A stretch of DNA of 64,000 nt from an uncultured candidate division Zixibacteria bacterium (GTDB lineage: Bacteria; Zixibacteria; MSB-5A5; GN15; FEB-12): NCBI GenBank assembly GCA_963664195.1, contig OY760907.1, positions 3,392,001 through 3,456,000 on the forward strand, read 5' to 3'. The notes below the pieces were generated by a model. That model did not search any database and had not been told where the DNA came from. It saw nothing but the letters and a program-made list of their open reading frames with translations. Below are positions 18,701-29,000 of this stretch, in pieces. How positions within the stretch are numbered: position 1 is the stretch's first letter; every line of letters begins with the position of its first letter. The position numbers and the translations under genes are program-made.

Positions 18701-20634
18701 ACAGTTCGGGTCTCAGTGAGACTTTCTGGATCTACTCGCCGGTGATCGACTGCGCCGAGATGACAGGGGTGGAGATGCGCTACTGGCACTGGCTGGGTTG
18801 TGAGTCCTCGACTTATGACCATGCGCATTTTGAGGTATTCGACGGCGAGAACTGGGTAAACCTGTTCTCGAACAGCGCCACGAACCAGGAGACCGCCTGG
18901 GCGGAAGAGTTCTACGACATGTCGGCCATCGCGGACAACAACCCGGGCTTCCAGATGCGCTGGGGTCTAGGCTCGACCGACGGTTCGGGAGAGTACTCCG
19001 GTTGGAACATTGATGATATCGAGTTGAAGGGATACAGCGGCAGTGGTTCCGCTTCGATGAGCTTTGCTCCGGCCGTTCTGGTTGACAGCCTTCAGCCCGG
19101 TGAATCCGGTGAGCAGTCGATCCGCGTGTACAACACGGGCGATGGCAGCCTTGGAGTCTGGTTCTCGACCAACGATGCCTGGTTGGACTTCGCCTACGAC
19201 AAGGTAACGGTTCCTGCCGGTGATAGTGTCGACGTAGTCGTGACGATCCAGACGACCGGTTTGCTTGGTGGTGATCATGTTGGCGCGATGAACTTTACAT
19301 CAAACGACAACTCGAATGCCAGCGGCAGTGTCCCGGTGCAGTTGCACGTGTACTCGCCGAAGATGGAGATCGCAGAGACGAGCATTGAGCAGCGTGTGTC
19401 TCCGGAAGAGACGGCGACATATGAGCTGGTCGTGACGAACAGCGGTCCGGGTAACCTTCTCTATTCGGTAGGTTGCCAGATGGATATGAAGGCCAACGGT
19501 GTTGCCGCAGTTCAGGAGACCGCAACGCCTATCGGCTACCGCGCAACCGATCCTGACAAGGGTGGTCAGCAGGAGCCGTTCTATGATACCCAGACGAAGG
19601 GATCGGGCGGTCCGGATGCCTACGGTTACACGTGGATAGATTCCGACGAAGCTGGTGGTCCGGTGTTTGGCTGGATTGACATTTCGACGTTGGGCACGGA
19701 GATCACGCTTAGTGATGACAACTATGCTCCGTCGTACGGATCGCCTTTGGCGATCGGCTTTGACTTCCCGTTCTACGACAGCCTGTACAGTGCGTTGTAC
19801 ATCGGCTCGAACGGCTTTATTTCGTTTGATTCGGGTTACGGTCGGGCCTCAGGCGGTCCTCTTCCTGATGACAACTTCAAGTCGTACATAGGCGTGTGGC
19901 ACGATGACATTGATCCTCCAGAAGTCCCGGGTCATGTGTACTATTACCATGATGCGGCTAACGGTCGTTTCATTGTCAGCTACGATCATGTGCGCAACTA
20001 TGTGAGTCCGGCCGGGACCGGCGACCTGTCCTTCCAGATTCTTCTGTACGCGAACGGGCAGATCACGTTCCAGTACGACACGATGGATCCGGGTTCAGAC
20101 ACCGAAGGTCTGAACAGCGCCACAATCGGAATTCAGAACTCAGCCGCAAACGATGCGTTGCAGGTTCTGTATAACGCGGCGTACATGCACGACCAGTTGG
20201 CGATCAATATCGGCGCCGCGTCGTGGCTTTCGGCCGAGCCGGCGAGCGGCACGGTTGAACCGTACGGCACGCGGACGGTGCACGTGAACTTTGACGCCGC
20301 CGGTATGGAGCTTGGTGACTACACCGGCTCGGTAGTGTTCAACTGCAACGACGGTGACACGCCGACAATGTCGCTTCCGGTAACGATGACGATATCTGCC
20401 GGTTGTTGTTCCGGTCCGTCGGTGGGTAATGTGGACGGCAGTGTTGACGAGTTGGTGACGATGAATGATCTGACGGTTCTGATCGACCATCTATTCATCA
20501 GCATGGATCCGCTGGTTTGTCCGGCCGAGGGCAATACGGATTTGAGTGCCGATGAATTGGTGACGATGAGCGACCTGACGGTACTGATCGACCACCTGTT
20601 TATCAGCCTGGATCCTCTGCCGCCGTGTCCGTAA
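15715..20634 (+). CDS. C25 family cysteine peptidase, Lys-gingipain (Kgp)-like, with propeptide, Ig-like and beta-sandwich domains and dockerin-like C-terminus
   Basis: TTG start with GGAGG; GEPNLP propeptide; YTAHC (His) and GNCC (Cys) dyad; WDPDYYWGVGA and YHLMGDP resemble Kgp; C-terminal dockerin-like duplicate at 20404-20634. Confidence 0.88.
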   Translation: MRKVAIGFCTTLLLCLSLSGLAFAGQVLQISGAQNGVTVLDQGSDGLTLQLDVGNVTFSDVTTKGGDFTLLSATNLIRSWEVGEPNLPVSNKLIVIPDGCELKASVLYSEYEDFKLSDYGLTNLIMPAQPPLEKSVDPMDVPFEHNQALYEQAGFYERPMVEAEFLGVMRDVRLGMVHIRPFHYNPTENTLRVYKNVQVNVTFEHPNWAKTYADMEQHYSPMFTSIFNRTLNYESLASGVKADLTKYPIKYVIIADRQFEAQLVPFIEWKTKKGFHVETYYLDDIGSTNTVVRDFLEGLYNAGTTADPAPSFVLFVADDNQLQAFAGSAGSHITDLRFCEFTGDDFPEIYYGRFSAQTPAQLQPQIDKTLEYEQYQMPDPSYLERVTLVSGSDGTYAITHGNGQINYGTNLYFNEAHGINANVWLYPETGSGGTVAADIIQSVSDGISFYNYTAHCGHDGTGTPSFTTSDIPGLTNYHQYLLGVGNCCLSNTFGDDYSTPCFGEAFLQVEDKGGIGYIGATNNTMWDPDYYWGVGAGDVVSEGPPYEETTLGAYDGIFHDHGEPLADHYVTNGAMIFAGNLGVTEGGSSVQYYWEVYHLMGDPSVMTYMGVPAVNPVSHIAALMMTAPSIDVTCDPYSLVAISVDGVLKGSAFADSKGTVTVPLEAFDQPCTADIVVTAQFRQPYISTIQVIAPSGPYVVLDSYTIDDAAGNNNGMVDFGESIVLGMQLKNVGPDDALDVNATIATADGYVTITDDTEAYGTIAGDFGLSNIADAFAFDVLPSVPDGHVVTFTLTVTGTARDTWEGTFTIPVHAPEIGYVSVSIDDALGGDGNGILDPGETADIIVTVENSGSGDAFGVEAYLSESDSYVTIDDDYGLFGDIAASASTSNAGNVYTATADAGCPMGHAVSVDLALSTTGGYTTTLNFSLTVGDRVVFYFDDFSADLGWTGLGGGAEWQIGECIGGGTTGRLDPTEDHTSSSDNRVLGNDLTSAGLYSSGLSETFWIYSPVIDCAEMTGVEMRYWHWLGCESSTYDHAHFEVFDGENWVNLFSNSATNQETAWAEEFYDMSAIADNNPGFQMRWGLGSTDGSGEYSGWNIDDIELKGYSGSGSASMSFAPAVLVDSLQPGESGEQSIRVYNTGDGSLGVWFSTNDAWLDFAYDKVTVPAGDSVDVVVTIQTTGLLGGDHVGAMNFTSNDNSNASGSVPVQLHVYSPKMEIAETSIEQRVSPEETATYELVVTNSGPGNLLYSVGCQMDMKANGVAAVQETATPIGYRATDPDKGGQQEPFYDTQTKGSGGPDAYGYTWIDSDEAGGPVFGWIDISTLGTEITLSDDNYAPSYGSPLAIGFDFPFYDSLYSALYIGSNGFISFDSGYGRASGGPLPDDNFKSYIGVWHDDIDPPEVPGHVYYYHDAANGRFIVSYDHVRNYVSPAGTGDLSFQILLYANGQITFQYDTMDPGSDTEGLNSATIGIQNSAANDALQVLYNAAYMHDQLAINIGAASWLSAEPASGTVEPYGTRTVHVNFDAAGMELGDYTGSVVFNCNDGDTPTMSLPVTMTISAGCCSGPSVGNVDGSVDELVTMNDLTVLIDHLFISMDPLVCPAEGNTDLSADELVTMSDLTVLIDHLFISLDPLPPCP

Positions 20635-20700
20635 TCTGTTAGATTGATACCGGTTGGGTGACTGTCCAAACGACAACACTCAACCAGAGAGATCGATACC

Positions 20701-20737
20701 AACCGGCCGCCCCATACAGGGACGGCCGGTTCCTTTG
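20701..20737 (+). terminator. Rho-independent terminator
   Basis: AACCGGCCG...CGGCCGGTT-CCTTT. Confidence 0.7.
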
Positions 20738-20939
20738 TGAGGACGTGAATTTTCCCCGGGGAGCGTAACGAAGCTGGACTACTCGAACCGTCCCTCTCCC
20801 CCTCAGGCTGACACTGCCCTGGTGCCCGGACACGGCAGACCTGTTGAAGAAAGTGCTGTGAACAGGAAATGGGGATCAGCAAAACTTATAGTCAACTTGC
20901 AGGCCCATGCAGTTGGCGCTCTCCCACGCAGGCGCGCAC

Positions 20940-20970
20940 AAAAAAGCCCGACTCTGAGAGCCGGGCTTTC
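20940..20970 (-). terminator. Rho-independent terminator of OMP gene
   Basis: AAAAAAGCCCG-ACTCTGAGAG-CCGGGCTTT; U-tract on the minus strand. Confidence 0.75.
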
Positions 20971-20997
20971 GCATTGTTTGCTTCGTTAAGCTACAGC

Positions 20998-21582
20998 TTA
21001 CTTCGCACCCAACGGGATGGAAACACCGCCGACAATCTGAATCAGCTCAAACATGTCGTCAGCCATGACAATGTGAATTCTCGGCATGACAAACACGTTG
21101 ACGGTCGGGGAGACCTTTTGCGAATACATGAAACCGCCGTTGAAGCCGATTTCAGTGTCGCCGAAGTCATAGAAACCAACGCCAGCAGTCAGATACATGG
21201 ACTTCTTTTCGTCATCGCTCATCGCGTACAGAGCGTTGGCACCAAAGTTCAACTTGGTCTCAGATTCGTCAGCGTCCTCGAAAGTAAAGCCCGGAATACT
21301 CGGACCTGTATACTCACTCTCAAACTTGTAGGACTGGAAGAACGCCTCACCGCCAAGCATGATCTTTTCAGTCAGACCGTAATGGAACATACCGCCGAAA
21401 GTGATGCCAGCCTTGGTCGAGAAGCTGTAGTTCTCACCCTCGTAGTCATCAAAAGCGTCGCCCATACCGATGGTGTAGCCGCCGTAGCCGCTGATCATCA
21501 TTTTGCCTTTGACACCCTGGCCGAAGGCCGTACCGGCGAGAAGCAGACTCGCCACAACCATAATCAATAATGCTTTCTTCAT
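20998..21582 (-). CDS. Small outer-membrane beta-barrel protein (OmpA/PorT-like barrel)
   Basis: Start MKKALLIMVV signal peptide; alternating strands ending GGVSIPLG; upstream TTGACA-N17-TATTAT on the minus strand. Confidence 0.75.
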   Translation of the reverse strand: MKKALLIMVVASLLLAGTAFGQGVKGKMMISGYGGYTIGMGDAFDDYEGENYSFSTKAGITFGGMFHYGLTEKIMLGGEAFFQSYKFESEYTGPSIPGFTFEDADESETKLNFGANALYAMSDDEKKSMYLTAGVGFYDFGDTEIGFNGGFMYSQKVSPTVNVFVMPRIHIVMADDMFELIQIVGGVSIPLGAK

Positions 21583-22018
21583 GTCACCCTTCCGTGATAA
21601 ACATTCATATAACACAGGCCGTCTTATGTTCTCTGGTGCTGCGAGCGGATCAGAAGCTTGCTACTCTGGAACAGCAAACCCAAATCCCCTCATTTCACTC
21701 GCGATAATACCTTTGTTGAGGCCCGCTGTCAAGTTTGTGTTGAGTGATTTGAGAATTATTGACAGAGAATTATGGCTCCCTCGCCTGCTAGGAAATAGGC
21801 GGGGAGTACGCAATAACAACGCTGCGTACTCCCCGGTAGGTATGCTAGAGAGCCATCCGCAATCCGAAGAAGACTTGTCTCGGATTGCTGTAATGCGCGG
21901 GGTTGGCCTGCATAAGCGTGTATCGCGACTCAAACTCCTCGCCGTAGTTCTCGCCTGTGTGGAGTAGACTTCGACGGGTTCTTTTTGCGATTCAAGGACG
22001 TTCTTGATCCAATGGCAA

Positions 22019-22750
22019 TTAACTCCGCTTCACGTCGCGCATCCGCTTGATTTCGTCCTCGCCGAGGGGTGCCTTCCCCTTCACACGAAGGCTGTCGACA
22101 AACTCAAAGGCAAAATCCCGCTGGAGTCGCCAATTAATCGCGGCTGTTACCAGCATCGCAATGATTGCCCCGGTCGTGGCCAACCCCATATCCTTGTGGG
22201 CGTCCCAGATATCCCCCTGAGTACCAAGATATGCCACGCCCAGGTCGCCGCCGAAGAACTCCGCCGCCGCCCATTCGAAAAGCTCGAAAACCATCGAGGT
22301 AGACATTGTCACATCGAGCGGAAGAAAGTATCCCCAGAATCCCCGCACTTGAGCTACTCGATGGAATATCTCGCGAATCGGATAGGCCAGCAACAGACCG
22401 TAGGAGAAATGCACCAGCCGGTCGAAATGGTTTCGCTCCCAACCCCAGAGAGAGTTAAACGACCGTCCGAATACCGCCTCAAACCACGTATCGTACGGAA
22501 CGGCGGCATAGGTATAGTGAGCGCCGACTTCATGCAGACACAGAAAAACAAATATGACCGTGTATGAAATCCGGGATAGCGGCAACCGCCTGTGACTGAC
22601 GACCAAAAAGGCAACGAAAAGCACCGCCAACGCGTTCTCCAGCGCCCAATCGTGCCGGTCGTGGGGTGAGATCGCCAGAATCGCCGCAAAGACGAAAAAA
22701 ACGGCACCCAGTGTAAGCGCGTATGTGCGATGTGTTTCGTTTGTGTTCAT
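22019..22750 (-). CDS. DUF2238 / YjdF family inner membrane protein
   Basis: DWALEN, LHEVGAHYTY, RNHFDRLVHF, FELFEW and YLGTQGDIWDAHKDM motifs. Confidence 0.88.
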   Translation of the reverse strand: MNTNETHRTYALTLGAVFFVFAAILAISPHDRHDWALENALAVLFVAFLVVSHRRLPLSRISYTVIFVFLCLHEVGAHYTYAAVPYDTWFEAVFGRSFNSLWGWERNHFDRLVHFSYGLLLAYPIREIFHRVAQVRGFWGYFLPLDVTMSTSMVFELFEWAAAEFFGGDLGVAYLGTQGDIWDAHKDMGLATTGAIIAMLVTAAINWRLQRDFAFEFVDSLRVKGKAPLGEDEIKRMRDVKRS

Positions 22751-22947
22751 AATCCACTCAGATATAGTCAGTCTTCGCGTACTTGTTTGCCATCATTGAA
22801 CTTAAGGGTGGTTTATGGCACTGTCAACAAAACGTTCTCTCCCCTCCCCCATGCCGCACCCCGCCCCAAATCCGGGTCGTCGGTCTGCCCTCACAACGCA
22901 CCCTGCATCTTTTTTTGAAAAGTTGACAGGTCAGCGAAACTATTCTA

Positions 22948-23020
22948 TTGACTCGGCGTACAAGGCCGATATAATACATACCGTCCAGTCGGTATCAATG
23001 ACATACCGGCAGGTTTGTAG
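22948..23020 (+). promoter_or_regulatory. Efflux operon promoter with TetR operator
   Basis: TTGACT-N16-TATAAT followed by palindrome ATACCG-TCCAGT-CGGTAT (22978-22995) and a degenerate second copy (~23003-23020). Confidence 0.7.
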
Positions 23021-23045
23021 CACAGACACCAACAGAGAGAAGGAC

Positions 23046-23642
23046 ATGGCGAAGATCAACCAGAGCCCCAAACAGCCCGCAGCCATGAGGCGCAAACAAC
23101 TGCTCACTTCGGCCCAACAGTTGTTCATCGAAAAGGGTTACCGGGGAACCTCGATAGAGGAAATCGCGCAGAAAGCCAAGCTCAGCAAGGGCGCCTTCTA
23201 TCATCATTTTGAGAACAAAGAGGCCGTTCTGCACGCTCTGGTGACCGAAATGGGGTGCAACTACGACGACTCCTTCCAGATACTGTTCAGAAAGGGAAAC
23301 ATTACTCCAATGGACCTGCTGCGTGCACTCCTCGACGCTCACAAAACTGATGATCTTGTGGAGTTCAATACCATGATTGATCTCTGGGTCCAGGCGCGCA
23401 GAATTCCGAGCATTGTCGACAGCCTGGAGGAAGAGCATCGGGCCATTATGACGGAGGTCGTTAAGCACATGGATCGCTCCTATGGTCGAACGACCGCGGC
23501 TCGTGCCAAAATCGCCCAGTTCACGCTCCTATTCTACAACGGCCTGGCTGCCCGCAAGGCAACCAAACCGGATGCCGTGGACGTCAATGAGCAACTGGCT
23601 GTGTTCGCAGATTGCATCAAGGCATGGAAGAACTGCCGCTAA
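23046..23642 (+). CDS. TetR/AcrR family transcriptional regulator
   Basis: LF.EKGY.GTSIEEIA..A.LSKGAFYHHF.NKE HTH; start at ATG 23046 after AAGGA. Confidence 0.92.
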   Translation: MAKINQSPKQPAAMRRKQLLTSAQQLFIEKGYRGTSIEEIAQKAKLSKGAFYHHFENKEAVLHALVTEMGCNYDDSFQILFRKGNITPMDLLRALLDAHKTDDLVEFNTMIDLWVQARRIPSIVDSLEEEHRAIMTEVVKHMDRSYGRTTAARAKIAQFTLLFYNGLAARKATKPDAVDVNEQLAVFADCIKAWKNCR

Positions 23643-23655
23643 TTACCTTGAGGAT

Positions 23656-25026
23656 ATGATGACAAGACTTTTACGACTACTGGATTTAACTATGACATAC
23701 AGACCCGGCCTTTTCCCGGTTGTCATTCTCCTGCTCCTGACGATGGCTGCGGCTGCAATGGCAGACACAAACCTGACGATTCACGAGACCCGCTCACGAG
23801 CGCTGGAATTCAACCGGGGCCTGCTCTCGGCAAAGGAAGACGTGGCAATCGCCAGGACCGACGTAACTAAAGCCAAGGCGGACGCGCTCCCTAACCTGAG
23901 ACTGAATGCCGGTTACAACCGGAACTTTTCGGTAGCGAGCAGTTTCGTGACAATAGGAGACCAGACGGAGGAATTCCAATTCGGGTTCAAAAACTCGTTC
24001 GACGCCACGGTATCTCTTGAACAGGCAATCTGGCACGGCGGCAAGGTGTTTAGTGCGCTCAAAATAGCCAAGATGTACCGAGGATATTCTGACGCCATCG
24101 CCGACCAGGTGGCCGCTGATGTCGTTTTTGCAGCCGATCAGCTTTTCTACGCTGCCATTCTCGCGAACACGCAGCTCGACGTGCTGAACAAAGCGTTTGA
24201 ATCCAACTCCGCCAATCTCGAAGTCATTGAGAAGAAGTATTCCAGGGGCGTGGTCTCTGAATACGAGGTGCTTCGCGCTAGAGTCGAAAAACAGAACCTG
24301 CAGCCGCAGATTCTCAACGCTGAATCGGAGGTACGACTGTCAAGAAAACGACTCAAGTCATTCCTTGGCATCGACCTCTCCGAACCGGTGACGCTGATTG
24401 AGGACCAGACCGACACAGCGCTCACCAGTGTACCGGCTCTCCCCTCTCTTGTTTCCGACGCCCTGAGGGAACGCCCGGAAATGAAGCAGGCCGGATCGCT
24501 GAGAGACATCTCCAAGAAGGCAATAGGTGTGGCCAGGGCCGACTACTGGCCCAGTCTTGACCTGGTGGGAGCTTACTCCTGGAGCGCTGGATCCGATGAT
24601 TTCACGCTCTCGGACAACAGGTCCGACTCTTGGACGGCAGGAGTACGGCTGTCGCTCAACATATTCGACGGTTTCCGCACCCGGGGCAACGTCACCCAGC
24701 GCAAAGCGGAGTACAATCAGACTCGTCTCAATCTCAAACAGACAGAGGACGACATCCGACTTGAAGTCGAGGCAGCGTATGATGTTCTTATGCAGGCCAA
24801 GAGGGCGCTCGAAATTCAGGGAGCAACGATTGATGCCGCCGAGGAAGGATTGAAGATCGCCCAACTGAGATACAGCTCAGGCGTTGGGACGCAGTTGGAA
24901 GTCCTTTCGGCTCAAACAGCACTCACTCAGGCAAGACAGGCACAGGCGCAGGCACTCTACCAGTTCAGAGTCGCCCGGGCAGGACTCAAGAAAGCAACAA
25001 CTCTAGATATGGATACAGACCGATGA
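23656..25026 (+). CDS. TolC family outer-membrane efflux protein
   Basis: Duplicated OEP repeats (LP.L.L; YWPSLDL; RY.SGVGTQLEVL.AQ); start uncertain. Confidence 0.9.
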   Translation: MMTRLLRLLDLTMTYRPGLFPVVILLLLTMAAAAMADTNLTIHETRSRALEFNRGLLSAKEDVAIARTDVTKAKADALPNLRLNAGYNRNFSVASSFVTIGDQTEEFQFGFKNSFDATVSLEQAIWHGGKVFSALKIAKMYRGYSDAIADQVAADVVFAADQLFYAAILANTQLDVLNKAFESNSANLEVIEKKYSRGVVSEYEVLRARVEKQNLQPQILNAESEVRLSRKRLKSFLGIDLSEPVTLIEDQTDTALTSVPALPSLVSDALRERPEMKQAGSLRDISKKAIGVARADYWPSLDLVGAYSWSAGSDDFTLSDNRSDSWTAGVRLSLNIFDGFRTRGNVTQRKAEYNQTRLNLKQTEDDIRLEVEAAYDVLMQAKRALEIQGATIDAAEEGLKIAQLRYSSGVGTQLEVLSAQTALTQARQAQAQALYQFRVARAGLKKATTLDMDTDR

Positions 25027-26060
25027 CAATCAGACGAATTCTCCTAAGCACAACGACTATTCTCGCAGCCGCCTCACTCCTCATCGGCTGTGCCCAGAAG
25101 GAAGAGGTCGATCAGACTGAGCGAGCACTGTCGGTGAAAGCCACAACCGTTAGCGCCGTCGACCGTGAGATCACCGTCACTTTCACCGGTTCACTCGAAG
25201 GTGAGAAGCAGGCCGTGCTGGTCGCAAAGCTGTCCGAATCTGTCGAGGCAATCAGGGTCAACGAGGGCGATCAGGTGTCGGCCAATGATGTGATCCTGTC
25301 GCTTGACCATACAGGACCAAGTTCGAGCTATCGGGAAGTGCAATCGATCTATCTGAACGCAGAAAAGAACCTCGGCAAGATGGAATACCTCTTTCAGGAG
25401 GGCGCTATTTCCGAAACCGATTTCGACGGTTTCAAGCTTAATTACGACGTGGCCAAGGCCAATTTCAACGCGGCTAAGCAACTGGTCGACATCCAGACCC
25501 CAATCGCAGGAACGGTTACTTCCATCGACGTCTCCCCCGGCGATCAGGTCAATGCCGGCAGCAGACTCGCAACGGTAGCCACCACCGGCAAGCTCCGGGT
25601 GAAGTTTGGCGTGAATCCGAAGGAAATCGGCTACTTTGCCACGGACGCGGAGCTGCGCATATCTACCGACGGGGTCAAAACTCCGGGATACGGCAAGGTC
25701 GTATCGGTTGCCAATTCCGCCAACCCGATTACCCGAGCTTTCGAGGTCGAGGCGTTGATGGACAACTCGCAAGGACTATTCAAACCCGGCATGTTCGTAC
25801 ATATCGACTTTGTCAGGGAGCAATTGTCATCGGTTTTGGCAGTACCGCGCGGAGCCGTACTGACGCAGAGCGAAAGGCAGCTGGTCTTCGTGATCAGCGA
25901 CAGCAGGGCGGTCGAACGACAGGTCCAGCTCGGACCGGAACTCTCCGGCGAGGTGGTTGTCCTGTCAGGACTCAACATCGGTGACACGCTTGTCACCCTC
26001 GGCCAGGATTACCTGGAGGACGGCATGCTGGTTAACATCACAGAATTGAACGAGCACTAA
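25023..26060 (+). CDS. RND efflux periplasmic adaptor (MFP) lipoprotein
   Basis: Lipobox LIGC; V.EGD.V, I.TPIAG.V and FKPGMFV motifs. Confidence 0.92.
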   Translation: MTIRRILLSTTTILAAASLLIGCAQKEEVDQTERALSVKATTVSAVDREITVTFTGSLEGEKQAVLVAKLSESVEAIRVNEGDQVSANDVILSLDHTGPSSSYREVQSIYLNAEKNLGKMEYLFQEGAISETDFDGFKLNYDVAKANFNAAKQLVDIQTPIAGTVTSIDVSPGDQVNAGSRLATVATTGKLRVKFGVNPKEIGYFATDAELRISTDGVKTPGYGKVVSVANSANPITRAFEVEALMDNSQGLFKPGMFVHIDFVREQLSSVLAVPRGAVLTQSERQLVFVISDSRAVERQVQLGPELSGEVVVLSGLNIGDTLVTLGQDYLEDGMLVNITELNEH

Positions 26061-26063
26061 ATC

Positions 26064-29000
26064 ATGAAGATTTCAGAATTATCGATAACACGCCCGGTCT
26101 TTGCGACAATGATGATCCTGGCCCTGCTGGTCATGGGGGCATTCTCGTATCTTGGCCTTTCGGTTGAAATGTGGCCAAAAGTCGACTTCCCGTTTGTCGT
26201 TGTCCAGACCGTCTACCCGGGTGCTTCGGCGGAGACAATCGAGACCGAGGTCACGGAAAAAGTCGAAGAGGCGGTAAACCAGATATCCGGCATTCGCCAC
26301 ATCGTATCCAAGTCACAGGAAGGCTTCACCTACACGTTCGTGGAGTTCGATCTTGAAGTCGACGGTGCCGAGGCCACACAGGATGTTCGCGAGAAGATAT
26401 CTCGTATCCGGGGCGATCTTCCCGATGATATCGAGGAACCAATCGTCACCCAGTTCGATATGGAAGCCCAGGGTGTCATGTCCCTCTCCATCGCCGGACA
26501 GAGGTCCGCAAGAGAGATTACGCAGATTGTTAAAGACAGGATAAAGCCAAGACTGGAAGCTGTTTCCGGAGTAGGATCGGTGGAACTGGTCGGCGGCAGC
26601 GAACGCGAAATTCAGGTCGCGCTGCTACCCGATCGCATGGAGTCCTACGAGATAACAGTCGACGACGTCAAGTACTCCATCCAGATGGCCAATCTCGAGA
26701 TTCCCGGCGGACGAATGGATGAGTCCTCGCGGGAATACCTGGTCCGAGTGAAAGGAAAACTGACCTCGGTCGACCAGTTCGAGAACATTGTTGTCAAAAA
26801 CAAAGAAGGCACGCCGATATATCTGTCCGACGTTGCGATCGTAAAAGACACAATCGTTGAGCAGAGATCGCTCTCTCGCTGGAAAGGCGAACAGGCAGTG
26901 GCCTTGAACATAATCAACCAGTCAGGCGCCAACATCGTTGACCTCGCGGCGGGAGTCAGGGAAACGCTGTCAGAACTGAACAAGGAACTTCCTCCTGACA
27001 TTATCATCACTACCGTGAACGACAACTCGGTCTGGATTGAAGACTCGATTGACGAAATACTGTTCAACATTGAGTTCGGTACGCTGCTGGCCGTGATTGT
27101 GATCTTCCTGTTCCTGTTGGATATCAGACCAACGATCATCACCGGTCTGTCGATTCCGATTTCCATTATTGCCACTTTCACGGTGATGAAATGGCTCGGA
27201 TTCACGATCAACTTCATGACGCTTCTAGGGCTATCGCTGGCTGTAGGTATATTGATCGATGACTCCATCGTGGTGGTGGAGAACATTTATCGGAAGATGC
27301 AGGAGGGGCAGAGTCCCTTCAAGGCGGCGTTTTCGGGCACCAAGGAAATCGGCCTCGCCGTTGCCGCTACCACTTTCTCGATCATGGTCGTATTCCTGCC
27401 CGTGGCTTTCATGGAAGGTATCATCGGACGCTTTTTCTACCAGTTCGGTATGACCGTGGCGTGCTCGGTGCTGATATCGCTTTTTGTTGCCTTCACACTG
27501 GTGCCAATGTTGACCTCACGGACGCAGGCTCCCCGGGAGGACAAAGAGTCGCTTGACCCAGCCAAGGCCAAAGGGTGGATGGCCCTGTGGTTAAGAATTC
27601 GCAAGCCACTGAGCATCTGGAATCGTGCCTTTGACGCTTTCAGGCCTTTCTATACCAGACTGCTTAGAGTATCGCTCAAACACCGTTGGGTCGTCATGCT
27701 TGTAGCCACAGCCTCGTTTGCGGTAGCAATCGGCATCGTAGCGTCCGGTCTGATCGGCATGGAGTTCCAGGCCAAGACCGACCAGGGCAAAATATATGTT
27801 GCCGTCACCACGCCTCCGGGCACGACGCTGCAGGAAACCTCGGATAGAATAGACCAGATGGAGGCGATTCTTGAGGATCAGCTCAAGGAAGTCGTTGGCT
27901 CCTTTGTGACCGTCGGCGGTGACAATACGCCTGTCACCGAGGGGCTGTTGCTGGTTAAGCTCGTCGACGCCGCTGAGCGCGAAATATCGGCTCTGGACCT
28001 TATCGACTCCGTACGTACGCTCGTATCGGTCGTGCCCGGAGTGAAGGTGTCTGTGGCGGGAGAGCCTTCCGAGGGAGGGTCTTCCAAACCTGTTGAATTT
28101 TCGATCCGCGGTGCCGATCGCGACGAATTGGCAAGAATCGCGCACAAAGTGCAGAACCTCGTGGCCGCGGCGCCGGGTGCAGCAGATGTCGACAACACGC
28201 TCGAAGAAGGCAAACCGGAACTGCATATCACCGTCGACCGCGATCTGGCCGACGACCTGGGGCTGAATGTTCTGGCTATCTCCCAGACAGTGAGAACGCT
28301 TGTCGAGGGCGACGTGGTCACTCAGTTCCAACAGGGTGACGAGGATTACGACGTCAGGGTACGCCTGGACGAGCGGTATCGTAACAGCGAGGATGCAATC
28401 GGGAGAATCAAGATTGCAAGCTCTAAGGAAGTGGTGGGCATGGATCAGTTCCTGGTCCCCTTGAACCGGGTCGCCCGATTCGACAAAAAGACCGCAATCG
28501 GTGAGTACAGTCGGTACGACCGTTTGCCCGAGGTCCGCGTCAACGCCAACCCGATGCGCGGAGCTTTCGCCGGTACTCTGACAAACAACGTAAGGGATAT
28601 TGTCGATAGCACGATTCAATTGCCTCCGGGCTACACCGCAACACCTGTCGGTGAGCAGGAGATCATGGAAGAATCAAACCAGAACATCGGCATGGCTCTT
28701 CTACTGGCAATCGTCTTCATCTACCTGACATTGTCCTCGCAATACGAGTCGTTTTTCGACCCGCTGTCGATCATGCTGTCCCTGCCGCTGTCTCTAATCG
28801 GAGCCATCCTGGGCCTCTGGTTCTCGGGATCGTCGTTTAACATCATGACTCAGGTGGGTATTGTGATGCTCATGGGGCTGGTGACGAAGAACGCGATTTT
28901 GCTGATTGACTTCGTGAAACAACAGCGCGAGACGGGCATGAGCAGGTCGGAGGCAATTCTCACAGCCGGACCGATCAGACTCAGGCCAATTCTCATGACC

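Noticed and set aside
17626..18828. Long antisense ORFs (e.g. 16027-17088, 17626-18828, 27591-28619, 58375-59508)
   Set aside because: Shadow frames of well-supported GC-rich genes, with no recognisable motifs.
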